Source: Thermodesulfobacteriota bacterium (GTDB lineage: Bacteria; Desulfobacterota_D; UBA1144; Nemesobacterales; JAJCZQ01). Taken from it: 64,000 bases of DNA. The notes under the pieces are model-generated. The model worked only from the letters and a program-made list of their open reading frames with translations, had not been told where the DNA came from and searched no databases. Of the stretch, positions 29,309 to 41,481 are shown piece by piece. Position numbers and translations under genes: made by a program. Numbering within the stretch: position 1 is the first letter of the stretch; each line of letters opens with the position of its first letter. Location: the NCBI GenBank assembly GCA_965215275.1, contig OZ244044.1:960001-1024000 (forward strand), in the 5' to 3' direction.

Positions 29309-30118
29309 ATGAAGTTAAAGATCTCTCACCTGACCAGATACGAGTTTGACAGTCCCGTTAATTATGCTGTCCAGCAGGTACATCTCACGCCGCAGTCAAT
29401 GGGGACACAGACCGTCCTGAACTGGGATATAGTCGTGGAAGGGGGAACCAAAGAGATGGACTTTACGGACCAGTACAACAATCTGGTCACTCTGACGAGC
29501 GTAAAGCCGGGCAGCACGGAGTTCAAAATAATGTGTGAAGGCACGGTCAGAACGAAAGACAAGGTGGGAATTATCGGAAGGAACCGTGGGTACGCACAGC
29601 CGTGGTATTTTAAAAGACCTACCCCGCTTACCCGGCCTGGCAAACACGTTCACGATTTTGTCAGATCCTCTCCCGGTCTTGACTCTGATAAAAAAGATAT
29701 CGAATACCTGCATAAACTGTCCGAGGCCGTTGAAAACGCGGTCTCTTACCAGAAAGGAGAGACCAGTACCTCAACTTCAGCAGAGGACATACTGGAAAAA
29801 GGAAGAGGCGTCTGTCAGGACCACGTTCACGTTTTTCTAAGTGCGGCACGGGTGCTCGGTTTTCCTGCAAGATACGTAAGCGGATACATGTTCATGGAAG
29901 ATCAGGTGGAGCAGGATGCAGGTCATGCCTGGGTAGAGGTCTGGATAGAGGAACTGGGATGGGTGGGATTTGACGTGTCCAATCAGATCGCCCCGAGCGA
30001 TAAACACGTTCGTATCGCAACCGGACTTGATTATTCCGACGCTGCACCGGTACACGGGATACGCTTTGGTAACGGCACGGAAAAAATATCCGTCTCTCTT
30101 CGAATAGAACAGATATAA
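29309..30118 (+). CDS. Transglutaminase-like protein
   Basis: GVCQDHVH, ARYVSGY, HAWVE, GFD (Cys-His-Asp triad), GLDYSDAAP. Confidence 0.92.
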   Translation: MKLKISHLTRYEFDSPVNYAVQQVHLTPQSMGTQTVLNWDIVVEGGTKEMDFTDQYNNLVTLTSVKPGSTEFKIMCEGTVRTKDKVGIIGRNRGYAQPWYFKRPTPLTRPGKHVHDFVRSSPGLDSDKKDIEYLHKLSEAVENAVSYQKGETSTSTSAEDILEKGRGVCQDHVHVFLSAARVLGFPARYVSGYMFMEDQVEQDAGHAWVEVWIEELGWVGFDVSNQIAPSDKHVRIATGLDYSDAAPVHGIRFGNGTEKISVSLRIEQI

Positions 30119-30150
30119 AAGACCTGAATAATCTGCCTTACTGCAGAAGG

Positions 30151-31047
30151 TCAGGAGATCTCCTTAAGTGCCAGGTAAAGGGCCTGCGTTCCAGACCTGC
30201 CGTGACCGATCTCCTCGGTTTTTTCATAAAGCTGCTTTGCAAGTTTCAGCCCGGGCAGGGATAAGTTCAGTTTTTCAGCCTCACGAACTGCAATACCAAG
30301 GTCCTTAATAAAATGCTCAACGAAAAAACCAGGACTGAAATCCCCTTTGATGATCCTGGGACCAAGGCTTTCCATAAGCCAGGTGGAAGCAGCACCCGCG
30401 CAGACGGTCTTTATCATCTTTTCCTGACTCAAACCCGACTTACTGCAATAAAGAAGTGCTTCACATATACCCGTCATAATCCCAGCGACCGTGATCTGAT
30501 TGCACATTTTTGCATGCTGTCCCATCCCGGCACGTCCCTCGTAAACTATCTGATGACCCAGAAGGGATAGGAACGGCATGATGGAATCCACGACTTGTTC
30601 ATCTCCACCGACCATGATCGAAAGTCTTCCGCTCTTTGCACCCACGTCACCTCCGGAAACGGGAGCGTCAACCGAATCCGAGCCAAGTTCTCTGGCCTTA
30701 TTATAGATCTCCACCGCCAGCGAAGGTTCGGTAGTGGTCATATCCACCAGGACCTTTCCCGGCACAGGCGAGCTGAATATTCCCTTCCTGCCAAAATAAA
30801 CTTCTCTGACGTCGCTCGGGAACCCCACCATCGTGAAAACAACGTCCGAGGCGTCTGCCACCTCAGAGGATGAACCGCACCATCTGGCACCCTTTTTTAT
30901 CAATGCTTCCGACTTATGCCTGCTTCTGTTGTAAACGTATAAACTGTAGCCTCCTTCCATTATACGTTCACACATGGCGGCACCCATAATCCCCGTGCCT
31001 ACCCAGCCGACGTTAACACTGCTTTTATCAATGTCTTTTGAAAACAT
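30151..31047 (-). CDS. NAD(P)-dependent oxidoreductase, 3-hydroxyisobutyrate dehydrogenase/tartronate semialdehyde reductase family
   Basis: GWVGTGIMG, DAPVSGGD, GQHAKMCNQ, HFIKDLGI. Confidence 0.9.
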   Translation of the reverse strand: MFSKDIDKSSVNVGWVGTGIMGAAMCERIMEGGYSLYVYNRSRHKSEALIKKGARWCGSSSEVADASDVVFTMVGFPSDVREVYFGRKGIFSSPVPGKVLVDMTTTEPSLAVEIYNKARELGSDSVDAPVSGGDVGAKSGRLSIMVGGDEQVVDSIMPFLSLLGHQIVYEGRAGMGQHAKMCNQITVAGIMTGICEALLYCSKSGLSQEKMIKTVCAGAASTWLMESLGPRIIKGDFSPGFFVEHFIKDLGIAVREAEKLNLSLPGLKLAKQLYEKTEEIGHGRSGTQALYLALKEIS

Positions 31048-31065
31048 TTCAGCTGTTTAAATAAG

Positions 31066-31090
31066 GGGAATTATATACTTTGTTGTCCAG
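31066..31090 (+). mobile_element. Solo IS1595-like terminal inverted repeat
   Basis: GGGAATTATATACTTTGTTGTCCAG, 21/25 identical to the TIR of the element at 42026; abuts the stop of the AT-rich ORF 31095-31757. Confidence 0.6.
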
Positions 31091-31094
31091 AACC

Positions 31095-31757
31095 TTATTT
31101 ATCAACAATGCTATAGCTATAATTTTTATCCCAGTATTTATCGGGGCTTTTCTGTTCATCCACTATTCTGTTTACAACCGCTGTAAGATAACGCATTTGA
31201 TCAGGGCTGGTATATTCCTTGCAATCGTTCAATTTTCTCCTATGTAATTCCAGTGCCCAGTTCCTGCAAACAACATGCTCTTTTTCCTTATAATAAGCTT
31301 CTATCTTACGATGACCCATAGTAGATTGAGCAACTACATCTGAATATTCTTCATACTTTGCTCTGATAAATGACCTGTCACAAAAATTTACATCAGTAGC
31401 ATAAGTAATAGACTCACCTACAAAGCACCTGCCAAAAGCATATATATGTCTGTCAGTAAAGGGTATTATAGCAATTTGTGACGTTTTATCAGATAACGAA
31501 TTAATTGTCCCAACTGCAAATCCTGTACTAAAATCCCCACCAATTGAATGAGACAATCCACCTGTGGCCAATCCGGAAATACCAGCAACGATGCTCATCA
31601 GCAGAGCTTCTCCAAATTTCTCAGAGAATGATTTGTTGTACATGACCTCTTTATAATATAAATGTAGTGAAAATTGCTTATCATCAGGTTTTTTCTGAGC
31701 AAAAGACACCGTGTTCAATGACAGAGTTAAAACTAAAGTTATGATCAGTATTCTCAT
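31095..31757 (-). CDS. Hypothetical exported protein (AT-rich, probable former IS cargo)
   Basis: Signal peptide (VSFA), Gly-rich hydrophobic segment, 4 Cys; lower GC than neighbours. Confidence 0.6.
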   Translation of the reverse strand: MRILIITLVLTLSLNTVSFAQKKPDDKQFSLHLYYKEVMYNKSFSEKFGEALLMSIVAGISGLATGGLSHSIGGDFSTGFAVGTINSLSDKTSQIAIIPFTDRHIYAFGRCFVGESITYATDVNFCDRSFIRAKYEEYSDVVAQSTMGHRKIEAYYKEKEHVVCRNWALELHRRKLNDCKEYTSPDQMRYLTAVVNRIVDEQKSPDKYWDKNYSYSIVDK

Positions 31758-31859
31758 ATTGCATCCAGAGAAGGCCGCAGGACAATTACTGCTTTTTTTT
31801 GCCGCTTTTTACCATTTAAATAAAGAGAAAAAGGAGGATCAGGCCTGCCGAACTATTCG

Positions 31860-33524
31860 TCAGTAATCGCTGTGAGCGGATACCGGCGTGCTGCTTTTAA
31901 GTAAAGGCAGATATTCTCCGCCCAGTATGACCTTTCCGCTTTTTCTGCCGCTCTTTAACCTGTCGACTATGTATTCCTTGTCCGGCCCCATGATATTAAC
32001 GCCATGGTCCGACTCGACCAGACAGATCAGGTTGGCGTCACCGGAATTATTGCTTGCGATCTCGTAGATAGCGGAATAGTTAAGTATCGCTGCTTCGATC
32101 GTGCCGCATGGAAGAGAAGGATTATTCGCTCCCGAGTGGTACTCTTTTTCGCAAAACCAGTCCGGGTCAGGATATCCATGAAAATGCAGTATCGGCATAC
32201 CGTCCTTTATCAGCTCAGGCGTGTACAGAGAGGCCGATAATGCCTGAGCCAGTATGACGTAAGTATCAAAAGAAGGTCTTACGTCCCTTCTGCTCAGATT
32301 TATTCCAGACGGGACCTCCAGATAAAGTTTACCCTTGATCAGTCCCACTCTTACAATATCCGTCTTCGGATCAAGGGAAGTCTTGTCACATCCGGACCTT
32401 GAGGTCACGACCCTTATATCCGGAACCTGCTGATAAACCACCTCTCCTTTGATCCTGGTCTTGACGTACCACCTGCCTTCGGAGTTCTTTCTCACGTAAT
32501 CGCCGTTCATACCATCAACCGTGTCCAGTCCGTCCCACTCACTGCGGTCCAGTCTTTTCGGCCCGAAATACCTCGGGACCTCGGCAAGGGCGATAAAACC
32601 ATATGACACCCCGGTCCGTCCATCAAGGATCTTGTTCACTATATCCCTGTGCGACCGTCTTCGTATCTTGTCACTGAACTTTGACCCTTTGGGAAAAAGT
32701 TCAGTCTCTTTGAGGATCTTGCCGAGATCGCACAATCTTTCGGAATATTCATTGCTTTCAGAATCGAACTCTCCCTGTATAAATCTGTTAAGCACGGGAG
32801 GTTTGATCGGGGCATATATCTTGGGGATCAGGGACTTTGAAACAAAGTCGTCCAGTTCTTCATGAACGTAAAGAGAATCGGACAGGTTCATGTTTACTAT
32901 GGTGAACCTGCGGTCGGAAACCCCTATGACTATCTCGGACATGGTGGAGATAAGGTTGTTCAGACCTAATACTATCTTTCTGTCGTACGTGGTGGATTTG
33001 TCTTCAAATTCAGGGTTGAGGTTCGTCAGGGTAATTACCTGGGTGTTGAACGGGTCCTGAACGTGTTTTGCCGTAAAATCGTCCGCCCATCCGCTGATCT
33101 TTATAATGCTCATAACGGACCTTTCCGAATTTCTCACAAGTCCGTATATGCTTTCAGCTATACCGCTGAGCAGTTTCATGACCGACGACTGCTCCCTTTT
33201 CACATCAACTACCGCACTGATGTTCCTTTTGACCTTTCGTGAACTGAAGATCCTTGAGAGCATACCGTTGGACGTGTCCGCAGAAGTGGCCTCGTCCCAG
33301 GGTACGACCTCGACCCCGCTTTTTTTCAGACGTTCAAGGAGAGACCGCCTGAAGTTTACAATATCGGACTGATAGTACGGTTCAGGCAGGGGCCTGAAAG
33401 TAACCCTGACCTTTTCAGCCATATCTTCCGGTCTTTTGGGATTGACCATATCCTTGTTCAGCGGCATGCCGGACAGGGCAGTGATCGTGTCCATGTCCAG
33501 ATCAGCCAGGTGACCGTTATACAT
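31860..33524 (-). CDS. Conserved hypothetical protein with a putative C-terminal class II aldolase-like domain
   Basis: TSRSGCDK..L, RPSFD, HFH, CGT.EAA, DHG in the order of the aldolase II/adducin motifs. Confidence 0.55.
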   Translation of the reverse strand: MYNGHLADLDMDTITALSGMPLNKDMVNPKRPEDMAEKVRVTFRPLPEPYYQSDIVNFRRSLLERLKKSGVEVVPWDEATSADTSNGMLSRIFSSRKVKRNISAVVDVKREQSSVMKLLSGIAESIYGLVRNSERSVMSIIKISGWADDFTAKHVQDPFNTQVITLTNLNPEFEDKSTTYDRKIVLGLNNLISTMSEIVIGVSDRRFTIVNMNLSDSLYVHEELDDFVSKSLIPKIYAPIKPPVLNRFIQGEFDSESNEYSERLCDLGKILKETELFPKGSKFSDKIRRRSHRDIVNKILDGRTGVSYGFIALAEVPRYFGPKRLDRSEWDGLDTVDGMNGDYVRKNSEGRWYVKTRIKGEVVYQQVPDIRVVTSRSGCDKTSLDPKTDIVRVGLIKGKLYLEVPSGINLSRRDVRPSFDTYVILAQALSASLYTPELIKDGMPILHFHGYPDPDWFCEKEYHSGANNPSLPCGTIEAAILNYSAIYEIASNNSGDANLICLVESDHGVNIMGPDKEYIVDRLKSGRKSGKVILGGEYLPLLKSSTPVSAHSDY

Positions 33525-33597
33525 TATTATCTTTTACAACCTCCAACGCTATTTATAATAACTGATTATAAATACAAAAACCTACAAGTAAAAAACT

Positions 33598-34320
33598 TCA
33601 TATCCTGTTCTCCGATCTGAGACGCTGGTCTATCACATCTTCCATGACGGTCTTGACCTTGCGTTCGAGCATTTCTCTTCCCTCTCTTCCCCGCGGCAGT
33701 TTGCTGACCTCTATCGGCTCAAGGACCCTGACCGTCATCATCTTATCGGATTCTACCTTAAATTCACCTTTCTTTCTAACGTGCATACCGCCCCATATGA
33801 CCATGGGAACGACCGGAACGCCCGAGAGCATCGCGATCAGAAATCCTCCTTTTTTAAACGGGAGCAATCTGCCATCCTTGCTTCTGGTACCTTCGGGTGC
33901 CAGGATTACGGACGGACCGTTCCTGATCTGCGAGACGATATTTCTCACCTCTCTGGTATCCTGTGACGAACCATCCCTGGCAACAAAGTAATGACCCGAG
34001 GCTTTTGCCACCCATCCGAGGAACGGCATGTGCAGCAGTTCCTTTTTCATAATCGCCTTCCACTCGATCGGGAGTGCGGCAGAAAAGGCCAGTATATCGA
34101 ACGAGCTCTGATGATTGTACATTATGATCGCCCTTTCCCGGGACAGGTTCTCCAGACCCTCCACGGACAGTTTCACGTTCCAGGCCCAGAGCATCGTTAT
34201 TCCCCATGGCCGGACGGCGTACCTGATCGCCAGCCGGTTAGAAAACAGGGACAGTACCAGTCCCGCTATTCCCCAGAACGTTGTCAGAAGACAGGACAGT
34301 ATATAACGAACTATGAACAT
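33598..34320 (-). CDS. plsC: 1-acyl-sn-glycerol-3-phosphate acyltransferase
   Basis: NHQSSFD (HX4D), APEGTRS, FKKGGF. Confidence 0.85.
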   Translation of the reverse strand: MFIVRYILSCLLTTFWGIAGLVLSLFSNRLAIRYAVRPWGITMLWAWNVKLSVEGLENLSRERAIIMYNHQSSFDILAFSAALPIEWKAIMKKELLHMPFLGWVAKASGHYFVARDGSSQDTREVRNIVSQIRNGPSVILAPEGTRSKDGRLLPFKKGGFLIAMLSGVPVVPMVIWGGMHVRKKGEFKVESDKMMTVRVLEPIEVSKLPRGREGREMLERKVKTVMEDVIDQRLRSENRI

Positions 34321-34412
34321 AATCACCTTAGAAGGATCACCCCTGAACGATCATCTGGTCATCCGCTACCGCTAATGTACCTGAAATATCAGACGGCAAC
34401 GGAAATATCAGA

Positions 34413-35309
34413 TCAGCTGCCCGTAACGAGCACCTTCAGTCCCTTTTTTGCAATACCTATATTATACGTTCCTCTTTTCATGATAAAAGGTTCTCCATCC
34501 ATATGAGCGGGGACTTCCCCGTCTATGGTCAGCTTTATCCTGTCCGATCTGACCATATTTACCTCACGTGCGTCAGTATGTCCGGCGTTCAGTACTTTAC
34601 CGAGCGTGACAAGCCTTCTGATCAGCTTCATGTCACTTATCAGATGCACGTCAAGCAGACCGTCCGTAACGCTTGCACCGGGAGCCAGCCTTATACCTCC
34701 CTGGGTCGGACCGTTAGAAGCTCCCGCCAGAAGGAATTTTCCCCTGTAAATCCTGCCGCCCGCGTTAACTTCCGCCTTGAACCCGGAAAAACCAAAGGCC
34801 TCGATCAGAGCCCCCGCAAGGTAGCCAAAGAAACCACCCAGAGATCTCAGTTTCTTAAACCTGTTAGCCACCGCGCCGTCCAGACCCACTCCCAGACCGT
34901 TTATAAAGCACCTGCCGTCAAGCTTTCCTATATCCACCGTTTTAACCTCTCCACTGACGACGTTCTCAAGTGCCGCCTTAAACTCAATGGGGATACCCAC
35001 GGTCCTTGAAAAATCATTGGCACTGCCGGACGGGACCGTCGTGAAGATAACGTCCCTGCCCTCTATCGCGTTCACTATCTCGCTCGACGTCCCGTCTCCT
35101 CCTACCGATACAACGTGCGAGAATCCGCTCTCTGCCGCGTCACCGGCAAATCTGCCCGCGTCACCTCTTCTGCCCGTATGCCGTATTTCATGATCAACTC
35201 CCCTGTCGTCCATAAACTCTTTTATCGGTCCCGCCCTGTCGCCGCCGGTACCGGAACCGGACGACGGATTGATTATAAACAGGAATTTATTATGTCTGCC
35301 GTTGTTCAT
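34413..35309 (-). CDS. Diacylglycerol/lipid kinase family protein (YegS/DgkB-like)
   Basis: INPSSG, GGDGT, PSGSANDF, GVGLDG, DGLLDV, HMDGE. Confidence 0.9.
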   Translation of the reverse strand: MNNGRHNKFLFIINPSSGSGTGGDRAGPIKEFMDDRGVDHEIRHTGRRGDAGRFAGDAAESGFSHVVSVGGDGTSSEIVNAIEGRDVIFTTVPSGSANDFSRTVGIPIEFKAALENVVSGEVKTVDIGKLDGRCFINGLGVGLDGAVANRFKKLRSLGGFFGYLAGALIEAFGFSGFKAEVNAGGRIYRGKFLLAGASNGPTQGGIRLAPGASVTDGLLDVHLISDMKLIRRLVTLGKVLNAGHTDAREVNMVRSDRIKLTIDGEVPAHMDGEPFIMKRGTYNIGIAKKGLKVLVTGS

Positions 35310-35429
35310 GATCAGGTTATTATATCCGTAACTTTATCAGTTACACCACAGAACGATACAGATGCCCTGCTTGATAAAAAAATTTTCTATGGTAATAAAG
35401 TCAGGTTAACTTTAACACAGGAGGAGATA

Positions 35430-36335
35430 ATGTCCGAAGAAGTTGAACAGAGTGAATCGATCGGCATGAAGCAGATGCTCGAAGCCGGTGTACACTTTGG
35501 CCATCAGAAAAGTCACTGGAACCCAAAGATGAAATCCTTCATTTTCGGGATCAGGAACGGTATTCATATAATCGACCTGCAGCAGACCCTGGGTCTGTTC
35601 GCACGGGCGAACAATTTTGTAAGGGACGTGGTAGGCGACGGCGGCAAGGTGCTTTTCGTGGGCACAAAGAAGCAGGCCCAGGGAATTGTGGCAGAAGAGG
35701 CCACGCGGTGTGAAATGCCCTACGTAAATACCAGATGGCTGGGAGGTACGCTGACGAACTTCAGTACCATAAGGTCCAGAGTGAATTACCTTCTTGAACT
35801 TAAAAAACTTGAAGAGGAAGGGCACATGGAACTGCTGTCCAAAAAAGAGGCAAAAACGCTTAAGAGGGAAATTCAGAAACTGGAACATATGATAGGCGGC
35901 ATTGTAAACATGCAGAGATACCCTTCTGCCGTCTTCGTTGTAGATTCACTTAAAGAATACATAGCGGTAAGGGAAGCAAGAACGCTTGGTATTCCCATAG
36001 TAGGGATCGTTGACACGAACTGTAATCCGAACGACGTGGATTATATCATCCCAAGTAACGATGACGCCATAAGGGCAATTAAACTGTTCGTTTCAAAAAT
36101 GGCGGACGCCTGCATAGAAGGAAAGCACATATACGAGCAGAAACTGATGTCCGGAACGATCGAAAAACCGGCAGAAGAAGAAACAAAGGTCGTGGTTGAG
36201 AGAAAGGTCTTTGTATTTAAAGAGTACGGAGAAGATAAAGACCAGGAAGAAGAATCCATATCCGTGGCCATTTCAGAAGGTTCAGACCCTAAAAAATCCA
36301 GCGAGAACAAGGAGAGATCACAGGAAGATGCCTAA
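35430..36335 (+). CDS. rpsB: 30S ribosomal protein S2
   Basis: MLEAGVHFGH, RWLGGTLTN, DTNCNP, NDDAIRAI; start at 35430 after a GGAGG SD. Confidence 0.97.
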   Translation: MSEEVEQSESIGMKQMLEAGVHFGHQKSHWNPKMKSFIFGIRNGIHIIDLQQTLGLFARANNFVRDVVGDGGKVLFVGTKKQAQGIVAEEATRCEMPYVNTRWLGGTLTNFSTIRSRVNYLLELKKLEEEGHMELLSKKEAKTLKREIQKLEHMIGGIVNMQRYPSAVFVVDSLKEYIAVREARTLGIPIVGIVDTNCNPNDVDYIIPSNDDAIRAIKLFVSKMADACIEGKHIYEQKLMSGTIEKPAEEETKVVVERKVFVFKEYGEDKDQEEESISVAISEGSDPKKSSENKERSQEDA

Positions 36336-36942
36336 CGTTACCACGGCCAAGATGGTCAAAGAGCTGAGAGATCAGACAGGAGCTCCCTTTATAGACTGCA
36401 GGAACGCCCTGAACGATTCAGAGGGGGACCCGGATAAAGCCCTCGAGATCCTTAAGATCAAAGGGGTCGCCAAAGCACTGAAGAAAGTGGGAAGGGACAC
36501 CCCGGAAGGAGTTATAACCTCCTATGTACACGCGGGAGGCAAGATCGGTGTAATGCTAGAGCTTAACTGCGAGACCGATTTTGTCGCAAGGAACGAAGAG
36601 TTTCAGAAGCTTTCCAAGGAAATAGCCATGCAGATAGCCGCCTCCAACCCCATTTACCTGTCACGGGAACACGTGCCGGAGGACGTGCTGGAAAAGGAAA
36701 GGAGTATAATCAAGGCACAGATGGAAGAAGCGGGGGAGAAAAAGGAAGCCAGGATAGTGGAAAAGATGATAGAGGGCAGGATGAACAAGTTCTTTGAGGA
36801 AGCATGTCTTTCAGAGCAGGCCTATATAAGGGAACCCAAGACAAAGATAAACGACCTTATCCAGAACACGATAGCCAAAGTGGGTGAGAACATAGTGATC
36901 AGAAGATTTATCAGATATCAGCTGGGAGAACCTGCCAGTTAA
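36328..36942 (+). CDS. tsf: Elongation factor Ts (short ~200-aa form)
   Basis: VKELRDQTGA, ELNCETDFVA, GENIVIRRFIRY; ATG at 36328. Confidence 0.96.
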   Translation: MPNVTTAKMVKELRDQTGAPFIDCRNALNDSEGDPDKALEILKIKGVAKALKKVGRDTPEGVITSYVHAGGKIGVMLELNCETDFVARNEEFQKLSKEIAMQIAASNPIYLSREHVPEDVLEKERSIIKAQMEEAGEKKEARIVEKMIEGRMNKFFEEACLSEQAYIREPKTKINDLIQNTIAKVGENIVIRRFIRYQLGEPAS

Positions 36943-37689
<747 letters not shown>

Positions 37690-37691
37690 TA

Positions 37692-38258
37692 ATGTACGAC
37701 GAAATAACCATGTACCTGGAAGATGCCGACGAGAGGATGAACAAGACCGTCAGCATGCTCAGGCAGGAACTCAACAAGGTGCGCACGGGCAGGGCATCAT
37801 CGGCACTCGTAGCCGATATAGTAGCCAATTATTACGGCAACCCGACCCAGCTGAACCAGATGGCCAATATTACAATACCGGACCCAAGCTCCATCGTGAT
37901 ACAGCCCTGGGACGAATCCAGCCTGGAGAACATCGAAAAGGCAATTATAAGATCCGACCTGGGAATAACCCCTTTTAACGACGGCAAGATAATCAGGCTG
38001 AGCGTTCCTCCGCTCAGCGAGGAAAGAAGAAAGGAACTGGTGAAACACGCGTCCAAAGTCGCCGAGGATCATAAGGTGGCAGTAAGACAGATCAGAAAAG
38101 ATACCAACAATCACGTAAAGGATACAAAAAAGAGCGACAACGTGCCAGAGGACGTTATAACGAAAAACCTTACGAAAGTTCAGGACATGACGGATAAAAA
38201 GATCAGTGAGATAGACGGGATCTTTCAAAAAAAGCAGAAAGACATACTGGAGATATAG
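37692..38258 (+). CDS. frr: Ribosome recycling factor
   Basis: RTGRA, YYG..T.L.Q.A, PPLSEERRKELVK. Confidence 0.97.
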   Translation: MYDEITMYLEDADERMNKTVSMLRQELNKVRTGRASSALVADIVANYYGNPTQLNQMANITIPDPSSIVIQPWDESSLENIEKAIIRSDLGITPFNDGKIIRLSVPPLSEERRKELVKHASKVAEDHKVAVRQIRKDTNNHVKDTKKSDNVPEDVITKNLTKVQDMTDKKISEIDGIFQKKQKDILEI

Positions 38259-38273
38259 AACCTCGCGGCCTGT

Positions 38274-39611
<1,338 letters not shown>

Positions 39612-39713
39612 TTACTTTTGAAGCAAGTTGCATATAATTCCCTGTGGTTTACAAATTGATCGAGAAGTACTTTATGTTTCAGGTACTTTCCATATAGATC
39701 TGAAGGAGACGAG

Positions 39714-40433
39714 ATGAAGGAACTCAACAACGGAGTGGAAATAACCTATTTTGGTCATGCAACGTTTTCGGTAAGGTCGCCGGGCGGTATCAATATACTT
39801 ATAGATCCCTGGACCGAAGGTAACCCTCTGTGCCCCGAGCAGCTTAAAAACCCTGAGAACGTTGATGTGATAGCGATAACTCACGGTCATCAGGACCACA
39901 CGGGCGATCTGATCAGAATTGCCAATAACTGCAACTCTTTCGTTATATCCACTTACGAAATAAACCAGTGGATTTCCAGACAAGGCGTCAAAAGATGCCT
40001 TCCAATAAACAAAGGGGGCTCACAGTCATTTAAGGGAATTAAGTTCATAATGACCCACGCACAACACAGCAGCAGCATTGAGACAGAAGACGGTTCCTTA
40101 ATATACGCCGGAGAACCTGGCGGCTACATAATTAAACTGGAAGATGGCTTCACGATCTATCACGCCGGGGACACGAACTTGTTCGGAGATATGAAATTAA
40201 TAGGTGAGATATATGGTCCCGACCTGGTTATGTTGCCAATAGGTGACGTTTTTACGATGTCACCTTTTGAAGCTTCTCATGCCTGCAGACTTTTAAGACC
40301 TGAATACGCCATACCCATGCACTACGGCACGTTCCCCATACTCACTGGAAAACCCAGCGAACTTGCAAAGCTGACAGAAGACGTTGAAGGACTGAAGGTA
40401 CTGGAATTAAAACCAGGAGAAACGCTTAAGTAG
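39714..40433 (+). CDS. Metal-dependent hydrolase, metallo-beta-lactamase fold (UPF0173-like)
   Basis: GHATF, IDPW, THGHQDH, YHAGDT, PMHYGTF. Confidence 0.9.
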   Translation: MKELNNGVEITYFGHATFSVRSPGGINILIDPWTEGNPLCPEQLKNPENVDVIAITHGHQDHTGDLIRIANNCNSFVISTYEINQWISRQGVKRCLPINKGGSQSFKGIKFIMTHAQHSSSIETEDGSLIYAGEPGGYIIKLEDGFTIYHAGDTNLFGDMKLIGEIYGPDLVMLPIGDVFTMSPFEASHACRLLRPEYAIPMHYGTFPILTGKPSELAKLTEDVEGLKVLELKPGETLK

Positions 40434-40448
40434 CAGAAGAAGGGTGCC

Positions 40449-41126
40449 ATGAATAAAAAGATCATCTTGTTCTTAATACTTGCCGTGACAGTAACGGCTG
40501 CGTCCTGTGGTACAAAAAATATCCGCAGTGCGTCCGCCAAGCAGCTCTACGCAGACGCCACGAACGAGCTTTACAACAAAAAAAGCGGGTTTCCCTGGAT
40601 ATTTACCGGTCCAAATTACGATATAATACTGGAAACCCTGAAAGAAATAAGGCTCAGGTACACGTTCAGTCCCTTTGCCACCCTGGCAGAGATCAGAACC
40701 GCTGATACTTATTTCAGGCAGGGAAAATACAGTCAGGCCATCATAGAATACGGGCAGTTTTTAAGAGATCATCCGGGACACAATGAATACTCGCACGCTT
40801 TATACCAGCTGGCAATGTCAAACTATGAACTGAGGAACCCGAAGGACAGGGAACCAACGTTCACCCGAAATGCAATTGCGAGATTTGGAGAATTCATAAA
40901 AAGATACCCTGGGTCTGAACTGGTATCCGAGGCAGAAGAGAATATCATCGAATGCAAAGAGATACTTGCCGCAAGAGAAATACATATAGGAAAGTTTTAT
41001 CTTAAGAAAAAGAACTATAAGGCCTCGTTAGAAAGATTTAAACTTGTTCTGAAACAGTATCCAGATACAGAATACTACGATGAGGCCATGCGGCTTATAG
41101 CAAAAATACCGAAGGAAACAGAATGA
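40449..41126 (+). CDS. bamD: Outer membrane protein assembly factor BamD (lipoprotein)
   Basis: Lipobox AASC, TPR-like helices, DREPT.T..A, LAARE..IGKFY. Confidence 0.85.
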   Translation: MNKKIILFLILAVTVTAASCGTKNIRSASAKQLYADATNELYNKKSGFPWIFTGPNYDIILETLKEIRLRYTFSPFATLAEIRTADTYFRQGKYSQAIIEYGQFLRDHPGHNEYSHALYQLAMSNYELRNPKDREPTFTRNAIARFGEFIKRYPGSELVSEAEENIIECKEILAAREIHIGKFYLKKKNYKASLERFKLVLKQYPDTEYYDEAMRLIAKIPKETE

Positions 41127-41237
41127 AATTCAATAATACAGAAACCGCTCCGTCTTGTAATTTTTTTAAAATATATAAATACAATAAAAATAATTATATA
41201 TTTTAAAAACTCCTGAACTATGTTAGAGATTTTTATT

Positions 41238-41345
41238 TTAAACTCTAATATATTTACCTAATACAAAACTATGAATAACTCCATTATTACCTTTTCTAAC
41301 ATATTAAATCATATTATCTACAACATCTTTGAAGGAAATTGTAAA
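41238..41345 (-). pseudogene. 3' remnant of the HicB-like paralog family found at 46.4-47.8 kb
   Basis: Reads FKDVVDNMI*YVRKGNNGVIHSFVLGKYIRV*, matching FKEVIDDLIQDTKKYNNGIIHSFVLGREVRV; followed by a partial copy of the conserved element at 41208-41233. Confidence 0.7.
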
Positions 41346-41481
41346 TGAATGGTATAAATTTTTTAGGATATGTATTAGGTATATTTATTACCAGTAATTA
41401 TTCTTGTTGCAGGTGCAATAGGGTCGGCAATTTTTGATTTATTAGGTTTTTAAATAATAAAAAACAAGGAGGAATAGTCAG

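Noticed and set aside
35115..35429. N-terminal extensions of rpsB (also tsf 36196, uvrA 12965, mrr 23367)
   Set aside because: They overlap neighbouring genes or precede the conserved N-termini; better starts lie downstream.
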